Shown: one piece after another, positions 21,801-33,541 of the stretch | Layout of the letters: the number at the start of each line of letters is the position of its first letter | How positions within the stretch are numbered: position 1 is the first letter of the stretch | Program-made: the position numbers and the translations under genes | The notes under the pieces: model-generated | Databases searched by the model: none | Told to the model about the DNA's origin: nothing | The model's input: the letters and a program-made list of their open reading frames with translations, nothing else | Assembly (NCBI GenBank): GCA_046563655.1 | Contig: CM102286.1 | Location: forward strand, 5,952,001 to 6,016,000 | DNA length: 64,000 bases | Source: Yuukianura sp. NJ FZ-2021 | Lineage: Eukaryota | Reading direction: 5' to 3'

Positions 21801-23572
21801 AGACTTCCGGTTCATCCTCAGTTGCCCCAAAATCGAATACTCCGCAAATTGAAGTTGCGAAAAGCCCAGTCGGAACTGAAACGGCAAAGCCTGATGCGCC
21901 AATTCCAATTCCTACTCCAAGAAGGTAAAACTGTTCTTTATTATGCTATTCTGTAATTTTTCGTCACAACTTCGTTCCTTTAAGCCTATTATTCTGCTAG
22001 ACATGTGCTTCAAATGATCTTGACGAGTTTATCGTATTTCAAGTTTGGATTTATTTATTTTGACAGCATGAAAGTCAAGTCATCTATATTTGATGGAGAT
22101 AGTAGTGACGATGATTTATTTAGCCCAAAATCATCTTATACAAACCAGTCTCAAAAACAAAACACCAATTCTCTGTTTTCGGAAAAATCTCAAGACTGGA
22201 TATCTACAAGATCTGCCTCTGCTAAGGGCCACGGTTCTTCGAGTGAAGTCGCAGATAAGCAGAATCTGAAATCCCAAATACAAAGGTCTATTTTTCAAGA
22301 TTCAGACTCAGATGATGATGACTTGTTCGGTACAAAGAGCATAAATACAAGTTAGTAAAAACTTCAGCTATACAATTTATCAACTTGATACTACTATGAA
22401 CTGTTTTAAAACAGCGCTAACCGCTATATTTTGTGATATTTTAGAGAAGACTCCGATATTATTCAGTGAAGGCAAGAATGACGATATTTTCTCGGCAAAG
22501 CGGAATTCCAATGACAGTAATGCTGATGGAACTTCTTCGAAACTTGAACAAGCCGATGGAAAACAGTCGGATAAACTTCCTGATGATGTCAAACTGTCAA
22601 CTTCACTCGGAGTTGGAAATGCTACTGGAAAGAAAAATAAAATAACACCATCACAAACTTTGCCAACGCAATCACAATTACCTGCCAAGCGTCCAGTTAG
22701 TCCACTATTTTCGAACGAAGTAGATTCAGATGAACTGAACCCAGAAAGTTCAATTTCTTCTCAACATATCAAAAAACCACTACCGCAAACTGTTTCATCG
22801 CAGAAGCTGTTTACAGGGAAATCGATATTTGGAGATTCTGACTCAGACGATGAAGATTTATTCAAGCCTTCGACGAAAAACAAAACTTTGTCAAAAGGAC
22901 CAGCAAAAACTGTTGTTTCCGAAAACACTACGGGTCCAGTAGTTTCACCTCCATTTCAGGATGCCCAAAAGTTTTCTGGATCTTCAGAAAAAAAGCCAGT
23001 CAAAAAAGAGTTGGAGGATTCACGTTCTACTGCAGTAGACAATTCGTCTGCAAGCAGTGCGAGGTCACGTGAAATCGGTATCGCTGGAAGTTCAATTTGG
23101 GAACGAGAAGGCAAGTCTGAACATAATTTGAGTCTAAGCGAGGACGACATCGCAGAAAATGCTTCCGAGCGGAGTGTGGTTGCAGCGAAACCCAAGCTGG
23201 AGGTTTTATTTCCCACGATGACCACAACTAGCAAGGCAGCTCAGTCAGCAAAGCCGACTGAGCATTTGGACTATGAGCAGGGAATATCGTTTGATGATCC
23301 AGTGTCATCAAGCTTGTTACCAAATGTCGTTAAGGTATTACGTTCGGACGCATGTAATATTTACCACGCACATTCCTTGGGACATTACATATTTAATGTT
23401 TTACTTACAGAGTCGGCCAAAAGCCTCCGCTCGACGCCCTCCGACCAGAAAAGTGGCACAAGTTTCCAGAGAGCCCAGCGACGACAAGTCTATTTCAGCA
23501 ACACTGTTAACTTCAGAGGAAGATGATACAGAGGTATCTTGGAAACCGATGGGCATGGATCAAAGTGAATAA
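18854..23572 (+). CDS. WASHC2: WASH complex subunit 2 (FAM21), about 1168 aa; exons 18854-18985, 19054-19343, 19437-19773, 19861-19998, 20070-20181, 20763-21924, 22067-22350, 22445-23334, 23411-23572
   Basis: Head motifs SWTLACDNAVLNRLKAFSE, NEFLILSNTQFTENRV and LPHIIGTPKF. Repeated LFa-type motifs (SIFADEDDDEMF, SIFDGDSSDDDLF, SIFQDSDSDDDDLF, SIFGDSDSDDEDLF), plus INPSALMP and a CPI-like LPNVVK|SRPKASARRPPTRK. Confidence 0.9.
20185..20682. mobile_element. Mutator/foldback-like MITE with long tandem-repeat inverted arms and a 9-bp TSD
   Basis: Perfect 9-bp direct repeat GGAAGGGTA at 20176-20184 and 20683-20691. Arms begin GCCATTACATCGAAAAAAAGAC and end with its reverse complement, and are built from 14-15 bp ACATCGAAAA-type units. 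The short central spacer is unique. Confidence 0.9.
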
Positions 23573-24319
23573 CAAAATGACTGACGCACTACTAAAAGTA
23601 AACTTGCCGGCCAATTCCATTTCATTCCAAGTTTTAGAAGGTTTATTTATAATTCCAGCTCAAGCAATCAAGTAGTTATTTTAACATAGATGGCATTAAA
23701 TTGCGTAGGATATACTAGAAAAAAGTAAATGTGCTTTTGAGCTTTATCCTAACAACGTCAATCACCAAAAAGTTATAGAATAAAAGCCCTTTTACGATGA
23801 ACTTTGTAACATACGAATCAGCGAAACGTTGAAACTTTCACCTTTTAACGAGTTTCAATTTAAACCGTTTTATTTAATTAATGTGAAATAGTAATTGCCT
23901 TCATCTCGTAACAAGAAATCATCAAAAACGCTTTTGAGTTTAAAACGAAACTAATTCTTCAATTCGAAAAAAATATTCTTCTAATTGAAGTTGGAACTTG
24001 ATGTTGATGCTGACGAGAAAACTTTAATAAACAACGGAGTATACTATCACATAAAGTCTTTTGTTCTAGATCTTGCGTCAAGCGTTTACAAATTTTCGAC
24101 TACAAAGTCAAGAAGTAAAAAAAAAGTTTTAATTTTTCGTAATTGCAACTCATTCAGTTGCTAATTAAAGCAAGTTTAATCACTTTTAGTTCTTTATTGC
24201 AAACATGTAGAACAAATTTCAAACTCAATTATCCCGTTTAGTTAATTAGAACGTACTTCCTTTTGCTGTAAAGTTAAGAGCTGGCATGATGTGAAATATA
24301 AAATTGTCTTTAACTATCA

Positions 24320-25850
24320 AATGAAACCAAACATTTTAGGAACGGTTTTACAAAATAGTTTTTATGGGAAAATTCTTTTTGAAAATCGCTTTTCAAGATT
24401 TCTTGAATATCAAACCTAATGTGCAAAATATTTGCGACGCTCCTGCTTTGATTTTTTCAGTTGCGAATTGCGAAGATGATGCAAAGTGAAAATCAGTAAA
24501 AGCTGGTAGTTTTTGTTACTGTTAAGAAAAGAAAACTTTTACGCGGATGACTTAACGCTTCTGCTTCGACTTTGGCTCAAAAACTTTACGAGACGAACAA
24601 GGTTGGAAGTTTTTCCTGCCTGCTCTGCCGCCCTATTCAAATCCGTTTACGTTTGGGCGCTTGATACGACTCAGCAGCCCGGGAGTGTTTGAAAAAGACT
24701 TCCTTTTTTAAGATGGAGCCCCATCTCACCAGATTCGAACTCTGGAAGCAGGTAAATCTCCATTTCCTTGACAAAGTCTATTCGTCCATTGAAAAATAGA
24801 AGAAGTTTTCCTAGCGACTCTCCGTCTTAAAAAGTCTCAAACTCCAGACGATTTCAATGGTTTTCCATGATTCTGGAAATCCGTACTTTGGAGAAAGCTT
24901 TTCTCCACTCTCTTCCGAACATCAAAATCATTTCAGAAACTTTGAGTCCATTCATGCATAAAACCTTTCCGAAAACCTTAATTGAGCTTAGAGTCAACCA
25001 TCTTGGAAGTCAAAAACAAAATTTGAGAGCCAAGTTTTTAAAACAGTTTCTGCAAAATAAAGGGGAAAGCTGCTCTGAATACTGACAGTAGCGCTACCGA
25101 TTTTTAGTTTAAAAAACACTAGACTTTATTCCAGAGTGTTTCCATTCTATCGACAATTTGGTGCGGGAATACAGCAAGTCAGAAAAAAACAAAAAAAAAT
25201 TTCGTCGTTGAATCAGAATTGAAATCGTGCGTGCACGATAACTGAAAACTTAATGCACATCAGTGCGTTTTTTCAACTTTCCACTTCCTTTCTGCATCTG
25301 CAAACACTACTGCACTCTTAAGCACTGGAGTTGCTGTGAGTTGTGCAACAACTTTCGAGATAAACGGGGAAAATTAGAGATTCATTGGTTTTAAGTTGCG
25401 CCTATTCTAATGTGAAATCATGGAACCTGGGCAATCTTGTCGCAGTTCCAGAAATTGGATTTACTGCTTGGCGACATATTCAAATTGGCCATTGTACTCG
25501 TCTTTTGGAAGGAGTTATTCATACTCTAAATACTCCAACAAAACCTATAGACGCTTTCACTTGCAACACTACTCCAGTGGAATGCAAATCCATCCGTTTC
25601 AGCTGTCAGCGTCTCCGTTTTCGATTTCGAAATATTTTCTTTGGATTTGAGATTCCTTTGACGACGACTCCTGTAGAAACAGGGTTTCCGTGGAACTGGA
25701 TTCGGAACAAACTAAACAAGGTACGACGGTGCATGTGTTCAAATTCTCGTTGTCAAAAAATTTAGCCAATTGCAACGCTGAAGAAATTCAAATTGAATTT
25801 AATAGCAGTGAGAGATGACCTCCCAGTTTTGAACTATGCAAATACTTTAC
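24320..25850 (+). pseudogene. Possible decayed F-box/LRR-type intronless gene
   Basis: Fragments in shifting frames look leucine-rich-repeat-like (LSVLKSLKLQ, LHSLPNIKII, FPKTLIELRV, FQKLDLLL, FSQLQR) but are broken by many stops and frameshifts. Confidence 0.3.
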
Positions 25851-26185
25851 CGTAATGTAAACTTATGGCCAGGCTAAAGTGGTACAGTTACATATTCTTC
25901 TGATTGATCTTTAAAACTTAACAATTACTCACTAATGAAATAGTTAATGATGTTAGACTGTAACTAGCCTTGCTTAAAAATTCGTTCGGTTTGAGTTCAA
26001 TCGAAAGAAAATTATGAAGAAGGTTGACCTTGCTCGGTTTACATTAGAAGTATTCTTTAATTTTAGTTTTTTTTTTTATTGCTGATATGCTGACAAAAAC
26101 GTCTATTGTCTAGAAGTACCTATAGTTGAACAAAATATCTAAACCATACTGTAATTAAATGTTGGTGAAATATTTAATAAGTTGT

Positions 26186-27331
26186 TCAGAACATGTTTAA
26201 ACACGAAATCAATTGAGAGCAAAGGAAGTCCAGGAACATCAAAGTGCTGCAACAGTCAACGAAGTAAAATCCTCCATTTTTGAATTCAAGCGCTCTCAAA
26301 CTCCGCACAACTTTACGGACGCCTGGCTGATGACTCATATTTGACAAGTTGCCACGGATGAACCCAGCCGAATCCTGATTGACTTTCCCCATTGGTCCCA
26401 AAATTATGAAATTTCGAAAAAGTCCTATCGCTGCAGTACTTACAAAAGTAGTTTGACTGAGGAACGGAATTTTTGAAAAAGAGCGAATACACATAAATAC
26501 AATTGTTGTAATGAAGAAAATAAAAATGTACTGCAATCTATAAATCCACCAAGATGTGACCTCGTTGATCCGATTCATGACGCATCCCAAGTATTTGTAA
26601 AGCTCAGTTGCCTTTTCTGGTGTCAGACGGCCTTGATCCAACAATTCTTGGATCATTTTTTGATGGAGGTGAATTCGTCGGGCGAAAAGTGACACAAAAA
26701 CTTCTGGGCCGAATTGGAGGAATGCTGAAATGAAAACATAAATCCATTCGTGTGCAACAAATCCAATACGAATAAGAGCAATAGCGTTAGGATTTTCAAT
26801 CCAAGATTCAAACTGAAATATGCTGTAGACAAACATGCTGTGATTGGGGTAGATGACAAAGTACATTGCTACACCAAAAGCTGCAGAAAACATGTTGTAT
26901 ACAATGACGGATAAAATCCACTTCATCTGTGTCACTTCGCGCTTAATGAATATGTCCAATTCAGCGTTGTGCAAAACACTGCTCATGTTATTGAAAAGAT
27001 CGTTCCAGAGGGAAATAATTTTTTGAACAGTTCCATTTTTGCCGCCAGTGAACGAATACAGTGAATTGGACATTATAAGGGCACAGACGAACCACACCGC
27101 ATCTGTAGCAATCTGGATAGCATTGGACTCCTTTTGTCCAATCACAATCAGGAGACAGTTGCTGCAAAATCGCATTACGATAAACTGTGTTTCCATGAAT
27201 AAGAACCACGAACAAAATCTGTAACGCAGGACTCGCGAATTTTTCATGCGCCAAGCGTTTGACAATGGGGTTGTTCTATTTCCTCTACAAAATTTGACAA
27301 TGTCAACTGCCCATAAATACAATTCTTCCAT
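26186..27331 (-). CDS. Intronless gustatory-receptor-like 7TM chemoreceptor, about 381 aa
   Basis: Single ORF from the first ATG (MEELYLW) with multiple hydrophobic helices. The C-terminal LEFKNGGFYFVDCCSTLMFLDFLCSQLISCL resembles the GR TM7 region (GFFxID...TYLI) in divergent form. Confidence 0.7.
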   Translation of the reverse strand: MEELYLWAVDIVKFCRGNRTTPLSNAWRMKNSRVLRYRFCSWFLFMETQFIVMRFCSNCLLIVIGQKESNAIQIATDAVWFVCALIMSNSLYSFTGGKNGTVQKIISLWNDLFNNMSSVLHNAELDIFIKREVTQMKWILSVIVYNMFSAAFGVAMYFVIYPNHSMFVYSIFQFESWIENPNAIALIRIGFVAHEWIYVFISAFLQFGPEVFVSLFARRIHLHQKMIQELLDQGRLTPEKATELYKYLGCVMNRINEVTSWWIYRLQYIFIFFITTIVFMCIRSFSKIPFLSQTTFVSTAAIGLFRNFIILGPMGKVNQDSAGFIRGNLSNMSHQPGVRKVVRSLRALEFKNGGFYFVDCCSTLMFLDFLCSQLISCLNMF

Positions 27332-27559
27332 TGTTGGATCAAATCGTATCGTAACAAAGTCCAAACACTAACTAAACTGAAATTTCAGTTTCAAAAATAA
27401 ACACGTGCCAAACGATTTTCAAGGTTTCTCTAGATTTAATTCAGCTTGTTATTAGTGGCCTTCAAGTTTCTGCATTTTTAAAATTAATCTTATCCTAAAG
27501 TTTCCAATCAAGAAGGTATAATTGAAATGTTAAAGTTTTAAATGTTTTTCATAATAAGA

Positions 27560-29280
27560 TTGTGATGTGTCTCTAAATTTCTTAATCACCAATATGACTC
27601 CCTGCAGTTATGAAGCTCGTGTTTCATGGGAACGAATAAATAATCGTCTGACAGACGGACAAGGTCGTATCGATAGTCTTCTTCAGCATATTATAGACTT
27701 GCGTCGTCACAGAAAACTAAACGTAGCTAGTCGCCAGAGTTGTGTTTGGAGCGGGAACATTCGGATTTTGAACTGTTTTCTCCAAACAAGTTTTGGGGAA
27801 GACGTTCACTCGTTGTCTGCGACTTTTTGCTAAATTGAAACTCCTATGGGATTCTGACCCCAAAAAAAGATTTTGTTACTCCAAGAAACCTTCCATTCCA
27901 CCACTATTATAATTGAATTTGGAAGGATTATCATCACTGTAGCAAAAGTTTGTGTCCTCCGTCTTTCGGAAGACGAGGAGAACGTAACAAATAGAAGCTG
28001 AAGGGCGAGAAAAGAAACATTTGAAAATCCGTTAGCTCCCGGGATCTTTTAGACTGAAAATTTGTGTTTTGTGGAAGACGGTTTTAAAGTAATAGGAACT
28101 TTAGAAAGTGGTTTGATGGAATCTGCGATACGGTGAAAGTGCCTTAGGAATGCAAAATTGGCTTAAGGTTAAGTTTAGTTAGATGGATACTTTTCCCATC
28201 ACTACGAAGCTGTGTTTTATACCCTATTTCTTAATAACTAACTAATACGGACAATTCAAAACAATCTATCTCTGCCACTTAGGGCTTGTGAAGAATTAAG
28301 ACAAAGTTTAGTAAGCAGAAAGTTTGCGGAGAAAGCCAAAACTTGAGGCTCATAATTGTGCGAAGCACGTCCTCAGCTTGCAAGATTGCTTACTTTTACT
28401 TCCTTATGCCAGTCTTGGCGCACTTTAAATCATTTTTGGTACATTTTTAGTCCACCAAGGGTATGCCTTCGCTTGAATTGAAAATAATATGTCAGGAGAA
28501 AGCGTATGCTTAGACTAGAAACGAGATGGACAGTATCAAACTACAATTTAGGTGCTTTTTTCAAAAATAAAGTTTTTTTTCCCAATTTTAAGTACGTTTT
28601 CTTAATCGCTGACCAACACCCACCGCCACGATCCAAAATTGGTTTTCAAGGAAAAATGAATCGATAAAATGCATTTTCACGCCTAATAACAACCATGACA
28701 GCATAAATCAGAATTTCCTTTCAGACATTCAATTCATCAGAAAGAAAATAACAGAAGAAATGTAACGCCTCTAAAACTTTCTAAATGGCACAAAGACATG
28801 CAAGTTGTGTGGAGTTGATTCAATAGTAATATGTAATCGTAAAACAGTTACAGTTCTCCGTACTTCCAAGTTCTTACTAAATTCCCAGTAAACAAGAATC
28901 TTGTTTCTTAAAATAAGTTTAAACCGTAATGCTATGAAAGCACTGGTTCGTAATTTCTTCGGAACTTTGAAACTAAAGATTCACTTTAAAGTATGAAGCT
29001 ACAAAAAGATTTAGATGGATCGTAATCCTCGTATTTGATATTAAATCCATCAAAGTAAAACTTTCTCAAACTTTCTCTAAAGATTTGAATTTGGTTTCTT
29101 CCTTATAAGCAAAAGATGCCAGCGATTTCAAAATTTGAGCTAAACTTTGTTGGAAATTTAACTATTTCTGGACTGGGAAGACTTTGGATCATAAAGGCAC
29201 GAGATATAAATTATAAACAAAGTCCTACGCTTCATTTGATTAAGGATATTAGACTGATTATAGATGGCTCTGCTGTCTAA
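27560..29280 (+). pseudogene. Possible second decayed LRR-type gene
   Basis: Scattered fragments (FGEDVHSL, FPSLRSC, MPSLELKII, FFPILSTF, MPAISKFEL) in broken frames; no long ORF. Confidence 0.2.
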
Positions 29281-30832
29281 GTTACTTTGTTATCGTAGGA
29301 AAACAAAAGCAAGGAAAAAGCATCATTGGTTCACTTGAGTGCAGAAGTTTCACTTCGCTAATCCGCCATTGTCTTCTGCATGGTGAATTCGGGTGAAAGC
29401 GCCGTGGGATTCTAATGCCCCCTTGATTAATGTCTCTCCCATTCGTCTTAATCTTTTTTAAGAAATTTGATACAAGGCCGCTCCTCTTCATTTTAATGAA
29501 CTCCAACTGTACTTTAGTTGCGTAGAGAGATGAACCGAGTTTTCATCTCCTTCCAGTTCTATTTACATAAGGACTCGCCTCCGTTGGAATAAAAGTAAAG
29601 CTTTCTTTTCAAACAACGAAAGCGGCGATGGGAATAAGTCGAAGTTGGTGGAGAAAGCTGCAGGCCTTCCCCAGGCTTCTCATTTGTCTCTCCTCTCAGT
29701 TCTCCGTTGTCATCTTTTATGAAAAGGAGAAGAAAAAATTGGTTAGAGTTTCTTAGAAAAAACTTAGAAAATGCTAAAAATTTTAATAAATGTGAGCGCT
29801 CCAACCCTAAAGTGGTCCTTTGTATCTTGTACATTTAGATATCTCATCAAGCTAGTGACCTGGTTACCTAAATCCTTCGTTTCTCGCGGTTTCTAAAAAT
29901 GAATTTGCACAATTTTTATTGGTCGTTGTTATGTTTTAAAGCAACCTATGAGAATTTTTTTTTGTGAGAAATAAATTGGAAAAATGTTAGGAATGGTGAA
30001 ATAGGTTTTTAGAGAGAGTTAGTTGTGGAATATGAATTGGGCGGATTGTGTCGTGCCCTTCTGTAGTGTCTACAGTGGTGTTGAAATTATACGGAGCAAG
30101 AAGCCTCATCAGAGACTAGGGTTGCCCTTGCAGACGATTACTTGAATTCGCATGGGGAGAAAACTGTCAGGGAAATTGCCAAGAAATGGAAATGAAGGTG
30201 AAAATTAATTGCCAAGGTAAAAAGAAGAAGAGAGAAAGTGAAGAAAGTGCAAAGGGGAAGAAGACGCAGAAATCCCATTATCTCGGAGCCACAGACCGAC
30301 GGCATCCTGTATCCATCCACTTTCGTCTTTTAATTTCTCCCAAGGAACTTAACATGGTGAGAGGTTAGAAGGTGTGAAAATGACACTTTCGAACAAACTT
30401 TAACCACTTGTTTCAGCTTACATCTGAAACAAAAGCTCAATTACTCTATTATATTTTTTTTTGTACATGATTTGTACAAAAACGAAATCAATTTTTTCAT
30501 CTCATTAGAAAATAATAAACCGTTTATAAACTTCACATAAAAAATTGGATGATGAATGTACGCGAAAAATTTAAAGGCTGAATGGCTTCAGAAATCTTAA
30601 ACTCCTCGAGACTATAAAAGAGATTTTGTTTGTTCTTTAATTATAAGTGTTTCTTTTAGCTACGTATTTGATTCGCCACATAAGTAGCAGAAAACAGAAG
30701 ATTTTTTATTTTCAGTCTGATGTCTTGCTTCTCAATGTTTTTTACATCTAAATTCTAAAACATAACACTAGGACCATAAAAAAGTATTCAACCGATTATG
30801 TATTATTGAAAATTCATGGACAATACCTTATA

Positions 30833-31646
30833 TTAAGCTTTCTTTTCACAAATATAATTTTTTGTTCCTCCAGTCGCCTGAGAATTGGCGTATGTGCATG
30901 CATATCCTTCACAACATTTAGTTCCATCGATAGAACATGGCATTCCTTCGTCCAAACATGATTGGGCACACATATTATGTTTGTTGCATTTCGAATACGA
31001 ACAGCAATCGGCATCACTTTTGCATGGCCATTCTCGAACTCCGCAGCGAACACATACATCGTTGACAGAACAGCGAAAGTCATATCGCTTGTAATTTTTT
31101 CCATAACTGGTGTCACATCTTAGAACTTCCTGTGAGTATCCAGGCAATCGAACTTTGAGTAGTTTTTCATTTTTACCGCAACGGTCCGCATGACATGTTC
31201 CAAATTTTCTATTTCCAACCAAAACACCTCCGACGCAATCCACAAACTTCTTTCCGGGCGTCGGACAACATAACGTTGGCGGTTTGTCATCGACGCGTTC
31301 ACAATATTTTCCATATTTTGCACACATGATGCATTTCCCCGCCAAACATGCGACGCCATAGTTAGTTCGTTTGTTCTTTGGAATGAGATCTTGCGAGCAA
31401 GGACATGCTCCACCAAGAGCACGACTTTCTTCTCCAACTGAAATTGAAATTACATAAGTATAGTCTGTCGAAAATTAGTTCATATGATGCATATCGTAAT
31501 TACTTGTTATGCTTACCATTTTCAGACCCCGTGTTTGGACCCGTAATATTTGAGACGTCAGTGCGTTTTTGCAAGATATTAGTAGTCCAAGATGGGTTCA
31601 CAAGTAGAAATGTTATTATTACAAGCATCCAAATAGTTGCGTACAT
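30833..31646 (-). CDS. Secreted 26-Cys multi-knottin (three ICK motifs) precursor, about 244 aa; exons 31646-31517 and 31437-30833
   Basis: Signal peptide MYATIWMLVIITFLLVNPSWT and a phase-1 GT-AG intron. Three C-x6-C-x5..10-CC-xn-C-xn-C motifs: CAKYGKYC...LCC...DC...TC; CGVREWPCKSDADCCSYSKCNKHNMC; CLDEGMPCSIDGTKCCEGYAC...IC. Confidence 0.85.
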
Positions 31647-32324
31647 TTTTCGTTCAAAAATGCCATTCAAAGTCAAAATTGTATAATGTTCAGATTTTTT
31701 CTACTAAAAAGGTTTTCTTTTAAATCAGATGAAACGAACCAAAGAAACCTATATTTGCTCACACTCACACTCCATGACCTGTATTTCTTTTCAGAAACTA
31801 CATAAGGAGAACTCGCAATAACTTAAATGCCTAGAAATAACATTAGTATTCTAGGGCTGTGTACCATAACCGCCATTCACACTCAAAATTCTGATGAACG
31901 GGTGACGGAAACTTACAAAGGTAAGGTAGGGTTGTGTTGTGCCTTGTGGGAAGTGTTCAAATTCAGTATTCAGCAAAACCTTTATGCTAATGTAATCTAT
32001 GTAAAAAAAAAATCCTCGAACTTTGTTCAAAAGTAGTTGTAGTTAGCATCGGACTGGATATGGACACTTACCTACGTAGCTTTATTGTGCAAACCAATGG
32101 TAAGTCAAAGAGGTGAACAAAGTTGCCCAGAGTGACTTTTTATTAGAATGCCAATGCCAATTTTGAGTAAAGCTAATCGCTGACCCGCCCGATACTTTGA
32201 TATTAAGTTGTTGAAAGGAAAATAGAACTAAATAAACTAAAGCATGTTTTCATTATTTATTGATTCAGAAAAGGAACCAGCAGAAGGATTATACGATCCA
32301 GAATCGGAAGGATTCTACACTTGA

Positions 32325-33063
32325 CTAGGGTTTGTTTCCCAATTTCTTGGTTGCGACAAAGCCGCACACTTCATAAGTACTAGCTTCAAATTGACTCTTA
32401 CAATATTTGATTTCTGCTGGTCCTTTAAGTTTGTACAGAATCTTTTTTGGTGGTTGTCCGTTCTGGGCTTGTAGCCTGCCGCCACCTATAGGAGATTTCT
32501 TCGTTAGAATAGCATTGCATCGAGCCACGGCAGCGTTATCTGGTTGGACAGTAGAACACTGCTTGGAATATTTGCGAATCGCCTAAATTTTGAATAGTAA
32601 AGTTAATTGAGTTAGAGTTGAGAAGTTGTGTTAGTTAACTTGAACAGTAAAAAATAAAATTCTATAATATATTCAATAGTAAAGGTGAATTATGTTCCAA
32701 TATCCACAGCATCAGTGACTTACACCGTCAAAAAATAGTAGGATACAAACTTTTGCTTTCTTTTGTCCATCAGGTTCCGCAAAGTCACATTTGAGGAATG
32801 GATTGCTAGGTGGTTCGTTTTTGTTCGTTGAATTGTCAAAATTGCACGTAATATCGGTAGAGCAATAACCCAGAGGGGGGTTTGTCACGATAACCGACTG
32901 AATAAAAATGAAGCAAAAAATTTTGAAAACTCATCAAAAAATTTTGTAAACAATTAGTACTGCATTTTAAAAGCTGACTAAAGTCATAACTTACGTGAAC
33001 CATAAAAATTCCGCTGAAGCTAAGGAAAGCGCAGACTACACGAAAAATATATGAAGGAGTCAT
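32325..33063 (-). CDS. Small secreted protein of unknown family, about 166 aa, 8 mature Cys; exons 33063-32995, 32897-32724, 32582-32325
   Basis: Signal-like MTPSYIFRVVCAFLSFSGIFMVHS. Two phase-0 GTAAGT..AG introns join an open frame YCSTDITC...LKCDF...KVCILLFFDG|AIRKYSKQC...ARCNAI...KYCK...EVCGF...stop. Confidence 0.75.
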
Positions 33064-33373
33064 TGTTGCAAGTTGCTTGTTAAGGAAGGATATCGCAAAC
33101 ACTTTAGCGGACGCTGGATTTTGAAATTCGAAGTTGAATAGAGTAAAGTAAGCACTAGGGACACATTTTCTAAACAGGACGTATTTAAACGGCGCTGGTA
33201 TAACCCAAATATATCAATTTAAAGATGATTACGATTAGTGACTAGGCTTTGTTAAACCATGAAAAAATTTATATTCGGCCTAACTTCGTACTACTTGCAA
33301 CAACACAGGTTAACAATCTGAATCTCCACATTTCTGCTTACTCTTGAGAAAAAAGAACTGTGGAAGACGAGCT

Positions 33374-33541
33374 GGACAGCATGGAAAACGTGAGGACATT
33401 GGTTTCTCTTATGCCACGACGGAACACGCGAGGACAATGGTTTTCCCTACACCAAGATGGAAAATGCGAGGACAGACTAGCCTTTCACATAGGGACAAGA
33501 TGAAACCGCGAGGACGGACAAAAACGAAATTATAAAATAAC
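33374..33541 (-). mobile_element. Degenerate 5' fragment related to the HINE-like element at 13666
   Basis: The reverse complement reads TTTATAATTTCGTTTTTGTCCGTCCTCGCG...TAGGGAAAACCATTGTCCTCGCG. This matches TTTATAAAAGTATTTTTGTCCGTCATCGCG...TAGGGAACTCCATTGGTCATCACG at 13684-13800, with similar unit spacing. Confidence 0.6.
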
